DNA from: Eledone cirrhosa
Taxonomy: Eukaryota
Length of the DNA stretch: 64,000 bases
Assembly: GCA_964016885.1 (NCBI GenBank)
Contig: CAXHJY010000300.1
Span: 10,781 to 74,780, forward strand
Direction of reading: 5' to 3'
The notes under the pieces are model-generated. The model was not told the origin of the DNA. It worked only from the letters and a program-made list of their open reading frames with translations, and did not search any database. Each line of letters starts with the position of its first letter. Position 1 is the first letter of the stretch. A program made the translations under genes and the position numbers. Positions 1 through 13,898 of this stretch are shown here, piece by piece.

Positions 1-113
1 GTTTGTGTTCATTTATCTATTTGTTTATTTATTTATTTATTTATTGTTGGTTAGTTGTTTGTTCTATGTGTGTGTGTGTTTTCATTTTGTCCTGTGTGTG
101 TTTTCATTTTGTC

Positions 114-945
114 CATACTGATTGCGGATTTGGTACGGGTGATGAGAAATGTGTCCCGCATGTGCAACCCCGAAGAACTAGAGAGACACATACAACACTT
201 CATCCACTGTATGCAGTTCTCTGGCTACAATCAGAGAGATAGAATCAGAGTGTATAAAGGAGCCAGAACCAAATGGGAAAATATGGTAAATAATGACATA
301 AATGGGACATGCCTCTTGTATAGGAGCAAATTTTGGAATAGAATAGAAAGAACTAGGAACAAGGCCAATAGAATAAACTTATGGTATGATAGCAATAAAT
401 ACCAGAGTGTAATATTCATCAATACAACCCCTAGAGGCGAACTAGCCTACTAATTTAGAAGGGCCCTAAATAAACATAATCTCAATATTAAGATAGTAGA
501 AAGACCAGGTACCTCTGTAAAAACACTTATTAGCAAGACATACTCGTTCCAAAGACACTCATGTATAGATAAGAAATGTATAACCTGTAAAATAAACCCC
601 CATATTAACTGTAAAACTAGAAATGTAGTGTATAGCATAAGATGTACTGAAGGACAATGTAGAAACAAAAATATAGTGTACATAGGTGAGACAGCTCGTA
701 ATATAGGGTAACGAATAAATGAACACTGGCGAGACCTCCAAGATAATAAAAAATCATCTGTGCTCTACCAACATGCTAAGATAGAACACAGGGGTAGATT
801 AGAGAACATAGAAATAAAAATAGAATCCACACACAGAAAAGATGCAATGTTTAGGCAAATTACAGAGGCAGTAAGCATAAAAGAATTAAAACCAAAATTA
901 AATAGAAAATATGAATGGAACAGCAACATCACAACTTACAATTAA
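114..945 (+). pseudogene. Penelope-like element (Naiad-like) ORF remnant: RT thumb/linker plus GIY-YIG endonuclease, 5'-truncated, two in-frame TAA stops
   Basis: Read through the stops, one frame gives ...LYRSKFWNR...SVIFINTTPRGELAY*...KIVERPG...CIDKKCITC...NCKTRNVVYSIRC...IVYIGETARNIG*RINEH...RQITEAVSIKELKPKLNRKYEW. VVY...YIG is the GIY-YIG motif. The clade call is from recalled motifs. Confidence 0.8.
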
Positions 946-1238
946 GGACAACACACACAGGACAAAATGAAAACACACACACACATAGAACAAACAACTT
1001 ACAATTAAGGACAAAATGAAAACACACACAGGACAAAATGAAAACACACACACACATAGAACAAACAACCAACCAACAATAAATAAATAAATAAATAAAC
1101 AAATAAATAAATGAACACAAACACACACAGACACCCGGATGTGGCGCATGCGCAAACTGAGCACACAACACACACACAGAAACAAAATGGCGTAGGATAG
1201 AAGAAAGGAAAGGCACAGAAACAAAGAAAGGAATCCCC

Positions 1239-1283
1239 AGTCACTGAAGAGGTCACAGAGTGTGTGACGAAAGGACTATGACT
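1239..1283 (+). ncRNA. Type I hammerhead ribozyme (family A, extra G after A9)
   Basis: AGTCA-CTGAAGA-G-GTCACA gagtg TGTGAC-GAA-AG ga CT-A-TGACT. Stem I is AGTCA/TGACT, stem II is 6 bp, cleavage triplet CUA. Confidence 0.7.
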
Positions 1284-1446
1284 ACATATAAACAACTCTC
1301 TGGTTGTGGAACCAACCAACCAACCAGAAATTAATAAGTTTGTAAATTTGTAAATTTCTAAATTTATAAATATATAATAAATTGAAGTGAAAGCAACTGG
1401 TGCGTGTGTTTCTTATTGGCAACATGACCGTCCCAAAGTATAACAA

Positions 1447-1478
<32 letters not shown>

Positions 1479-1573
1479 CACATATATATATATGTATACA
1501 TATATATATATATATACACATATATATATATATATATATATGTATACATATAAATATATATATATATATATGT

Positions 1574-1615
<42 letters not shown>

Positions 1616-1637
1616 ACATATATATATATATATATGT

Positions 1638-1689
<52 letters not shown>

Positions 1690-1691
<2 letters not shown>

Positions 1692-2788
1692 CTTTGAATA
1701 ACTTTGAATAACTTTGAAATGTTTTGGCCAGTATTGGCCCAGGCCATGTCTAACTTAATAGCACCACCTGGCGAAGTCTTTCAATTCAGGATTTGGGCAC
1801 CATGGCCCATTCGAGAAGAGAATTACTGTTTGCGGAGACATATCCGGGTGTGGGTGGTTTGTCCGGGATTACTTGGAGGAATTTGTCCAAAGACTTCTTG
1901 AATTTTGTGTGGTCAGTTTCTGTTTTGACGTGTCCTGGTGTGATGTTGAAGAGAGCAGGGCCGATTGAGGTGAAATAATTGTGCCGTATTGTTGTTATGA
2001 GTTGCGATTTAGATTTTTGAATGGGACGGATAGCACGGGGCCCAAGCCTTGGGTGTATCTTGAAGGCGATGCCAACATCATTTGGGCAGTGATGATGGAA
2101 CATTTTCCACATCATGCAGATAATATAACGCTCACGGCGACGTTGGAGTGAGTAAAGTTTCAGGTTTTCTAATCGACCCCAGTAGTCAAGGTCTGACATG
2201 CCATCTATCTTTTTCGTGATTGCCCTTTGAGGAGCTTCAAGTTTCATGATACTTTGTTTCGTGTGGGGAGACCACAGTGGACAACAGTATTCAAGGTGTG
2301 GTCGGGCAAAAGTAGAGAAGAGAAGGATAATGGTGCGGGAATCTCTCGACTGGAAGGTTCTGAGGATCCAGGAACACATTCTGCGGGCCATGTCAACTTT
2401 GCTGCTTATATGCGTGGTCCAGCTTATGTTGCTGTCCACGGTTACTCCCAAGTCTCTGATGTTGTTAGATGCCACGAGAGTTTCCCCGGAGGGAAGGGAG
2501 TACGGGAGTTTCAGAGCATCCTCTTTTCCAAAGTGGATCAGTTCGAATTTGTCTTCGTTCAGTAACATGTTGTTCTTTTCCGCCCATTGGGTAACAGCCA
2601 GTAGGTCTGACTGAAGGCTTATCCGGTCATCCACGCCATTGATGACCTTTTGGAGCTTGGAATCATCAGCGAAAATTTTAATGTTGCTGTGTTTGATGAT
2701 GTCAGTGATGTCATTAATATAGATGATGAAGAGAAGTGAAGTGGGCCCAACACAGTGCCTTGTGGGACCCCACTACTGACTTTGGCTG
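1690..2788 (-). mobile_element. CR1-group LINE copy 1, 5'-truncated within RT
   Basis: Reverse complement of the 3' part of copy 2. ORF 1786-2634. The tail (TTCAAAGTTA)x3 runs into (TA)n. Confidence 0.9.
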
Positions 2789-2791
2789 TAG

Positions 2792-2826
<35 letters not shown>

Positions 2827-3299
2827 ATGCATCATTGATACACTTACTCAAAATGACCTCCCACTACCTAATTTTTCTATATCTATATTTATATATGTAT
2901 CTATCCCTATTTCCTCTCTCTCTCTATATATATATATCTCTTTCTGTCTCTTTACATGAAGCTCTTCGCTTTATCTATTTTTCCATCTCTCTATTTTGTC
3001 CCATGCATTTCTTCTTTTTCTTTTTCTTCTTTTTCTTCCTTTTCTTCGTTTTGTCTTTCTTTCTTTCTTATTTCCCTCTTTTCTCTCTCTCTTTCTTTCT
3101 CTCTGTATTTTCACTGCTAGAGTAAACCTCTTCAAATGAAGTTGATGTTTATTACGGTATGTCGAATATATTTATCTATAAAACTGTTTATATTGTATTT
3201 TGTCTGATGAAGGCATAGCATATTGTTAATATGATATCCCCGAAATATATATAATGAAATAAATATGGTTTTATAAATATAGTTTTCCATTTATTTAAT

Positions 3300-3303
<4 letters not shown>
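2789..3303 (+). mobile_element. Solo PLE pLTR fragment homologous to ~51285-51747
   Basis: Colinear diverged match: (TAAA)n, CATTGATAC, CT-rich tract, HHR, ATAGTTTTCCATTTATTTAATATTGTA. Confidence 0.8.
3197..3260 (+). ncRNA. Type I hammerhead ribozyme (family B)
   Basis: ATTTTGT-CTGATGA-AGG...CATATT gtt AATATG...CCC-GAA-ATATATAT-A-ATGAAAT. There is an A-C mismatch at the base of stem II. Confidence 0.65.
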
Positions 3304-3362
<59 letters not shown>

Positions 3363-3367
3363 ACATA

Positions 3368-3451
<84 letters not shown>

Positions 3452-3464
3452 CATATATATACAG

Positions 3465-3498
<34 letters not shown>

Positions 3499-3566
3499 GT
3501 ATACATATATATATATATATATGTATACATATATGTATACATATATATATATATATATATGTATGT

Positions 3567-3610
<44 letters not shown>

Positions 3611-3616
3611 GTATAC

Positions 3617-5897
<2,281 letters not shown>

Positions 5898-5924
5898 ATA
5901 TACATATATATATATACATATATG

Positions 5925-5956
<32 letters not shown>

Positions 5957-5996
5957 CATATACATATATATATATACATATATGTATATATATATG

Positions 5997-6027
<31 letters not shown>

Positions 6028-6117
6028 TTGGAACTACAACTGGAACCGTCGAGCAAACTCTACGTGAGCTGATAATCTACTGTGTGTAATATTTATATTA
6101 CAACACAACGGAAAAAA

Positions 6118-6194
<77 letters not shown>

Positions 6195-6231
6195 CATATA
6201 TGTATATGTATATATGTATATATATATATAC

Positions 6232-6263
<32 letters not shown>

Positions 6264-6324
6264 ATATACATATATGTATATGTATATATATACATATGTA
6301 TATATATATATATATACATATATG

Positions 6325-6372
<48 letters not shown>

Positions 6373-6389
6373 CATATATGTATATATAT

Positions 6390-6480
<91 letters not shown>

Positions 6481-6486
6481 CATATA

Positions 6487-6522
<36 letters not shown>

Positions 6523-6530
6523 CATATATG

Positions 6531-6562
<32 letters not shown>

Positions 6563-6570
6563 CATATATG

Positions 6571-6602
<32 letters not shown>

Positions 6603-6610
6603 CATATATG

Positions 6611-6659
<49 letters not shown>

Positions 6660-6756
6660 GTATATATATATATACATATATACATATACATATATGTATA
6701 TATATATATATACATATACATATATGTATATATATATATATACATATACATATATG

Positions 6757-6845
<89 letters not shown>

Positions 6846-6846
6846 G

Positions 6847-6878
<32 letters not shown>

Positions 6879-6879
6879 C

Positions 6880-6910
<31 letters not shown>

Positions 6911-6982
6911 TACATATATATACATATACATATATATATACATATACATATATATATATATATACATATATATACATATATG

Positions 6983-7026
<44 letters not shown>

Positions 7027-7143
7027 TGTATATATATATATATATATATACATATATGTATATATATATATATATATATATACATATATGTATATATATA
7101 TATATACATATGTGTATATATATATACATATATGTATATATAT

Positions 7144-7661
7144 TTCGTTTCTGAATTTGTTTAGCAAGATTCTTTATCTGAAATCGTGTGTTGAAACCGA
7201 TATTGTTATACTTTGGGAGGGTCATGTTGCCAATAAGAAACACACGCACCAGTTGCTTTCACTTCAATTTAATTTATTATATATTTATAAATTTACAAAT
7301 TTTAAATTTCTGGTTGGTTGGTTGGTTCCACAACCAGATAGTTGTTTATATATATATAGTCATAGTTCTTTCGTCACACACTCTGTGACCTCTTCAGTGA
7401 CTGCAAAATGGCGTAGGATAGAAGAAAGCAAAGGCACAGAAACGAAGAAAGAAATCCCCAGTCACTGAAGAGGTCACAGAGTGTGTGACGAAAGAACTAT
7501 GACTATATATATATAAACAACTATCTGGTTGTGGAACCAACCAACCAACCAGTAATTTATAAATTTGTAAATTTATAAATATATAATAAATTAAATTGAA
7601 GTGAAAGCAACTGGTGCGTGTGTTTCTTATTGGCAACATGACCCTCCCAAAGTATAACAAT
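7144..7661. mobile_element. Palindromic non-coding element made of two head-to-head copies of the family A PLE 3' end
   Basis: 7144-7403 is inverted and 7404-7661 is forward. Both match 1184-1447 and 41180-41497. HHRs lie at 7358-7402 (-) and 7460-7504 (+). Confidence 0.85.
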
Positions 7662-7705
7662 ATGTATATATATATATACATATATGTACATATATATATA
7701 CATAA

Positions 7706-7759
<54 letters not shown>

Positions 7760-7959
7760 TGTATATATATATACATATATGTATATATATATATATATAT
7801 ACGTATATATACATATATGTATATATTTATATATATATAAACATATATATATATACATATATATACATATATGTATATATATATATATAAACATATATAT
7901 ATATACATATTTATATATATATATATATATACATAAACATATATATATATACATATTTA

Positions 7960-7991
<32 letters not shown>

Positions 7992-8069
7992 CATATGTAT
8001 ATATATACATATATATATACATATATGTATATATATATATACATATATGTATATATATATATACATACA

Positions 8070-8127
<58 letters not shown>

Positions 8128-8181
8128 CATATATGTATATATATATATACATATATGTTTATATATATATATACATATATG

Positions 8182-8212
<31 letters not shown>

Positions 8213-8253
8213 GTATATATATATATATATACATATATGTATATATATATATA

Positions 8254-9006
8254 TGGGAGTAACCGTGGACAGCAACATAAGCTGGACCACGCATATAAGA
8301 AGCAAAGTTGACATGGCCCGCAGAATGTGTTCCTGGATCCTCAGAACCTTCCAGTCGAGAGATTCCCGCACCATTATCCTTCTCTTCTCTACTTTCGCCC
8401 GACCACACCTTGAATACTGTTGTCCACTGTGGTCTACCCACACGAAGCAAAGTATCATGAAACTTGAAGCTCCTCAAAGGGCAATCACGAAAAAGATAGA
8501 TGGCATGTCAGACCTTGACTACTGGGGTCGATTAGAAAACCTGAAACTTTACTCACTCCAACGTCGCCGTGAGCGTTATATTATCTGGATGATGTGGAAA
8601 ATGTTCCATCATCACTGCCCAAATGATGTTGGCATCGCCTTGAAGATACACCCAAGGCTTGGGCCCCGTGCTATCCGTCCCATTCAAAAATCTAAATCGC
8701 AACTCATAACAACAATACGGCACAATTATTTCTCCTCAATCGGCCCTGCTCTCTTCAACATCACACCAGGACACGTCAAAACAGAAACTGACCACACAAA
8801 ATTCAAGAAGTCTTTGGACAAATTCCTCCAAGTAATCCCGGACAAACCACCCACACCCGGATATGTCTCCGCAAACAGTAATTCTCTTCTCGAATGGGCC
8901 ATGGTGCCCAAATCCTGAATTGAAAGACTTCGCCAGGTGGTGCTATTAAGTTAGACATGGCCTGGGCCAATACTGGCCAAAACATTTCAAAGTTAGTCAA
9001 AGTTAT
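8254..9006 (+). mobile_element. CR1-group LINE copy 3, 5'-truncated
   Basis: Matches copy 2 from GVTVDSN to VPKS* plus the 3' UTR. (TA)n on both sides. Confidence 0.9.
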
Positions 9007-9207
9007 ATATACATATATATATATACATATATGTATACATATATATATACATATATATATATATACATATACATATATGTATATATATATATATGTATAT
9101 ATACATATACATATATGTATATATATATATATGTATATATACATATACATATATGTATATATATATATATGTATATATATATATGTATATATACATATAC
9201 ATATATG

Positions 9208-9267
<60 letters not shown>

Positions 9268-9313
9268 CATATATGTATATATATATATATGTATATATAC
9301 ATATACATATATG

Positions 9314-9386
<73 letters not shown>

Positions 9387-9456
9387 ATATATATATACAT
9401 ATATGTATATATATATATACATATATGTATATGTATATATGTATATATATATATAC

Positions 9457-9488
<32 letters not shown>

Positions 9489-9505
9489 ATACATATATGT
9501 ATATG

Positions 9506-9539
<34 letters not shown>

Positions 9540-9549
9540 TACATATATG

Positions 9550-9599
<50 letters not shown>

Positions 9600-9607
9600 C
9601 ATATATG

Positions 9608-9665
<58 letters not shown>

Positions 9666-9673
9666 CATATATG

Positions 9674-9705
<32 letters not shown>

Positions 9706-9713
9706 CATATATG

Positions 9714-9747
<34 letters not shown>

Positions 9748-9755
9748 CATATATG

Positions 9756-9789
<34 letters not shown>

Positions 9790-9895
9790 CATATACATAT
9801 ATGTATATATATATATATACATATATACATATACATATATGTATATATATATATATACATATACATATATGTATATATATATATATACATATATG

Positions 9896-9948
<53 letters not shown>

Positions 9949-9981
9949 GTTTATATATATATATATACATATACATATATG

Positions 9982-10013
<32 letters not shown>

Positions 10014-10014
10014 C

Positions 10015-10061
<47 letters not shown>

Positions 10062-10150
10062 CATATACATATATATATACATATACATATATATATATAC
10101 ATATATATACATATATGTATATATATATACATATACATATATATATATAC

Positions 10151-10194
<44 letters not shown>

Positions 10195-10238
10195 GTATAT
10201 ATATATATATATACATATATGTATATATATATATATAT

Positions 10239-10889
10239 AATTAAGTTAAAGTGTACATCTACATATGTATACGGAAGTATTAGTATGCATATAAATACAC
10301 ACATGTATACATATGTACATGTACTCAGCTTTTCACTAGACACTTTACAGTGAGTGTCAGCTAGTCTGTATGTAACCACACAGGCGGACCGGGTTTTAGA
10401 GTCATACGAGTTTTCAAGGAAACACATTTCCTCTATTCTCCAGAGGGCCAGACAGGAATATTGGACTAGTTTCGATGTTATTACATCTCATCAGCAATAT
10501 TTACCCATCTTCCGGCTTCTCTGGAGAATTGTAAAAGCACATATCGTTATATGCTTTTTCTATGAAAATTAGTAGTGGGTAGACTAATTTGCATAGAACG
10601 TGAGTCATTGTACGCACCGGTTCAGCGGAAACGATAAAAACAAATAACGAAACGAAATTAAATTTCGTTTCGTGGTTACATACAGACTAGCTGACACTCA
10701 CTGTAAAGTGTCTAGTGAAAAGCTGAGTACATGTACATATGTATACATGTGTGTATTTATATGCATACTAATACTTCCGTATACATATGTAGATGTACAC
10801 TTTAACTTAATTGTTTAAGCGTCAGTCATACAAAAGTGAGTTAGAAGCGAAACGAAATTTAATATCGTTTCGTTATTTGTTTTTATCGT
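10239..10889. repeat. Rearranged HHR-containing pLTR-like region with two inverted repeats
   Basis: 10239-10379 is the reverse complement of 10672-10812. 10631-10672 is nearly the reverse complement of 10848-10889. Confidence 0.85.
10457..10501 (-). ncRNA. Type I hammerhead ribozyme (family C), canonical core
   Basis: Minus strand: AATATTG-CTGATGA-GATGT aata ACATC-GAA-ACTAGT-C-CAATATT. Stem III is palindromic and the site is GUC. Stem I extends to ATTCTCCAGAG/CTCTGGAGAAT. Confidence 0.9.
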
Positions 10890-10890
10890 A

Positions 10891-12110
10891 GATCCTAAAA
10901 TAATTAATTTATCTAAAAGAGATCTTGACAATGATAAAATGCAAATTCTGTCAAAAGGACTGAAATTCACACCGACTCCAACAGTCAACCACCAAGAACT
11001 GAAGGAGGATACCCAAGAATTCTGTTGAAAATTACGTCTCGTAGAATTCTTCGCTGATAAAAATAATGAGAGTGATGAATCACTAGTAAAGAATAAATCA
11101 AATTTCACTCCGCCAAAAGGAAGAAATATCTATCTCGACCAATACATTGACATCCTGTCTAAATTTCCTCTTAGACATAATACTAATGTCAGGCCAAACA
11201 TTAACAAATCAGAAATGTCTGCACTTAAACGTATACAAAATGATAAAACAATAATAATTAAACAAGCAGATAAAGGGGGTGCAGTTGTTATAATGGATAC
11301 TGAATACTACAAGGATTTGTTGAGGAACAACTGAAAGACACAACATTCTATCATGAAATACCGTCAAATATAGACCACAACATCATGAAGAAGATCAACA
11401 ACCTGGCTTCAAAATACCACAACTCATTTACTGATAAGGAAAGAGACTACATCATCAATTTTGAGCCGAAACCCAGCAACCTGTATGGCCTACCGAAAGT
11501 TCACAAGTCAAAAGAAATACAACTGGCAGTAAGAGAACAAAACAGTGAGTACATTAAATTATTACACCCAAAAGACTTAAAACTTAGACCTATTATAGCT
11601 GGTCCAACATGCCCCACTCACCGTCTAAGCAATTTTGTTGACATTATTTTGAAACCACTATGTATTCACATAACCAGTTTTATCCGGGATGATATCGACT
11701 TCCTGTCCCATCTTCCAAAACCACGGAAACGAATTCACTTCTACTCAGTTTTGATGTGGTAAGCCTTTACACCAACATTACACATGATTTAGGAATAAAG
11801 CCGGTTAAATACTGGGTGGAAAAACATAGAGAAGTGATTCCCATTAGATTCGCAGCGCCATTTATATTAGACGCAGTTAAACTTATTCTGGAAAACAACA
11901 CTTTCTTCTTCAATGGAAAGAATTACATCCAAATTTGAGGCACAGCGATGGGAACGAAGTTTGCTCCCGTTTACGCGAACTCTGTAATGGGATACTTAGA
12001 ACAACAACTCTACCAAGAAATAGAGGAAAAATATAGTACTGACTTTAGAAAGTACATTGAAAAATCTTGGAAGAGATACCTTGACGACTGTTTCATCACC
12101 TGGACATGGT
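10891..12110 (+). pseudogene. Penelope-like element (Neptune-like) reverse transcriptase remnant
   Basis: Across stops and frameshifts: LSKGLKFTPTP, IKQADKGGAVVIMD, LYGLPKVHKS, LRPIIAGPTCPT, FDVVSLYTNI, GTAMGTKFAPVYAN, RYLDDCF. It ends abruptly after the catalytic motif. Confidence 0.88.
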
Positions 12111-12509
12111 AACTCAGTGCAATTCCTAGATTACTACTACAAACCCAAAGTTCACTCACCACACATACTTTGTCTGTCCCCTCTCTACCTATATCTCTCT
12201 CTACATCCATTACACTCTCTCTCTCTCACCTTTGACCTACCTCCCTCTCAACATCTATGAACCTGCCCTCTGGGGCAATAAATAATTCCGACCTTAACTA
12301 TCAACGCATCTCTCCAAAAGTAACCAGTATAATAAAACCCCTACCATAACATTTTGATTAAGATATCTACAAGCCACTCTCTCCTACTTCTCCAACCCCT
12401 GCATATCATTCTTTCTCTCTCCCTCTTCCCTACTTTTCTCTCTTCCTTTTCTACTCTATCTTCCCCAACAACCCCACTTAAGGGTATTTACATTGTACAA
12501 TTACCATTC

Positions 12510-12621
12510 TGCTCTGAGGAAACAGTGGTCACAGCATTGGATATTCGAGTTCTGCAAGTACTTGTGAATTTGCACGTAGCATAACTAGGCTGCAGTACCA
12601 CCGTGGAAACACTTGTAAGCA
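12510..12621 (+). ncRNA. Degenerate type I hammerhead with large stem II insertion (family D)
   Basis: TGCT-CTGAGGA-aAC a GTGGT...ACCAC c GTg-GAA-ACA ct TGT-A-AGCA. It follows a CT-rich pLTR-like tract. Confidence 0.55.
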
Positions 12622-12938
12622 CACGGAATAAATTACCTTTTTATGATGTCTACCTGTTATTATTCATTCTTTATATACACTCCAGAATACTGAAGGATCA
12701 GGAACTAAGTTTCTAGAACAATTCTTCCATAACTGGTAGAGTAACCTCTTACCGTACATCAACCATATCCAGTGTAGTAATTAACCATTACTACATCTTG
12801 GATAATCCTATACATATATATATATATACATACATATATATATATATACATACATATATACATATATACATATATATACATACATATACATATATATATA
12901 TATACATACACATATATATATATATACATACACATATA

Positions 12939-12974
<36 letters not shown>

Positions 12975-13181
12975 CATATTCATATATATATATACATATA
13001 CATATATATACATATATATACATACATATATATATATATACATATATACATATATACATACATATATACATATACATATATATATATACATACATATATA
13101 TATATACACATATATATACACACATATATATATATACACACATATATATATATATATACATATATATACATATACACACAC

Positions 13182-13217
<36 letters not shown>

Positions 13218-13235
13218 GTATATATATATATGTAT

Positions 13236-13283
13236 AACATTTGAAAAGATGGCTTTTGCAGACCCATCGAAACCGGTCATTTT
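13236..13283 (+). ncRNA. Type I hammerhead with U3-A8 core (family E) in a ~155-bp island within (TA)n
   Basis: AACAT-TTGAAAA-GATGG cttttgcagac CCATC-GAA-ACCGGT-C-ATTTT. Stem III is palindromic and stem I has one mismatch. Confidence 0.6.
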
Positions 13284-13448
13284 TTTATACCCTTTATTAT
13301 TTCCTTACCTTATAAAATTATGTTTTTTCACAAAAAAGTATTCTGTCTCTTATATATTCCATGTGCCATTACCAACCTCAATTTTCTCTCTCTATATATA
13401 TATATACATATGTATATATATATGTATATATATATACATATGTATATA

Positions 13449-13488
<40 letters not shown>

Positions 13489-13651
13489 TACATATGTATA
13501 TATATATATATACATACATATATACATATGTATATATATATATATATTACATACATATATACATATGTATATATATATATATATACATACATATTTATGT
13601 ATATATATATATATACATACATATTTATATATATATATATATATACATACA

Positions 13652-13722
<71 letters not shown>

Positions 13723-13733
13723 GTATATATATA

Positions 13734-13798
<65 letters not shown>

Positions 13799-13898
13799 CA
13801 TATATAGATACATATTTATATATATACATTTAGAAACACACAGATACATGCGGACACACACATATATACATGAATGCATCCGCACCCAACTGTGAGTT

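Larger units (their letters stand above)
1..1447 (+). mobile_element. PLE copy with 3' pLTR region and an inverted copy of its 3' region at the 5' end (continues off the window)
   Basis: Bases 1-114 are the reverse complement of ~1009-1122. The 3' region carries an HHR and ends in (TA)n. Confidence 0.75.

Noticed and set aside
451-711. In-frame stops in the Naiad-like ORF as selenocysteine recoding
   Set aside because: Both stops are TAA, not TGA, and they do not fall at cysteine positions. They are ordinary decay.
2227-2614. Short ORFs antisense to the LINE RT, repeated in each copy
   Set aside because: They are shadow frames of the RT ORF, and they recur only because the LINE copies are near-identical.
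10876-10891. TTTGTTTTTATCGTAG as a splice acceptor ahead of the RT
   Set aside because: It coincides with a rearrangement junction. The other copy of this segment continues differently, and no donor could be identified.
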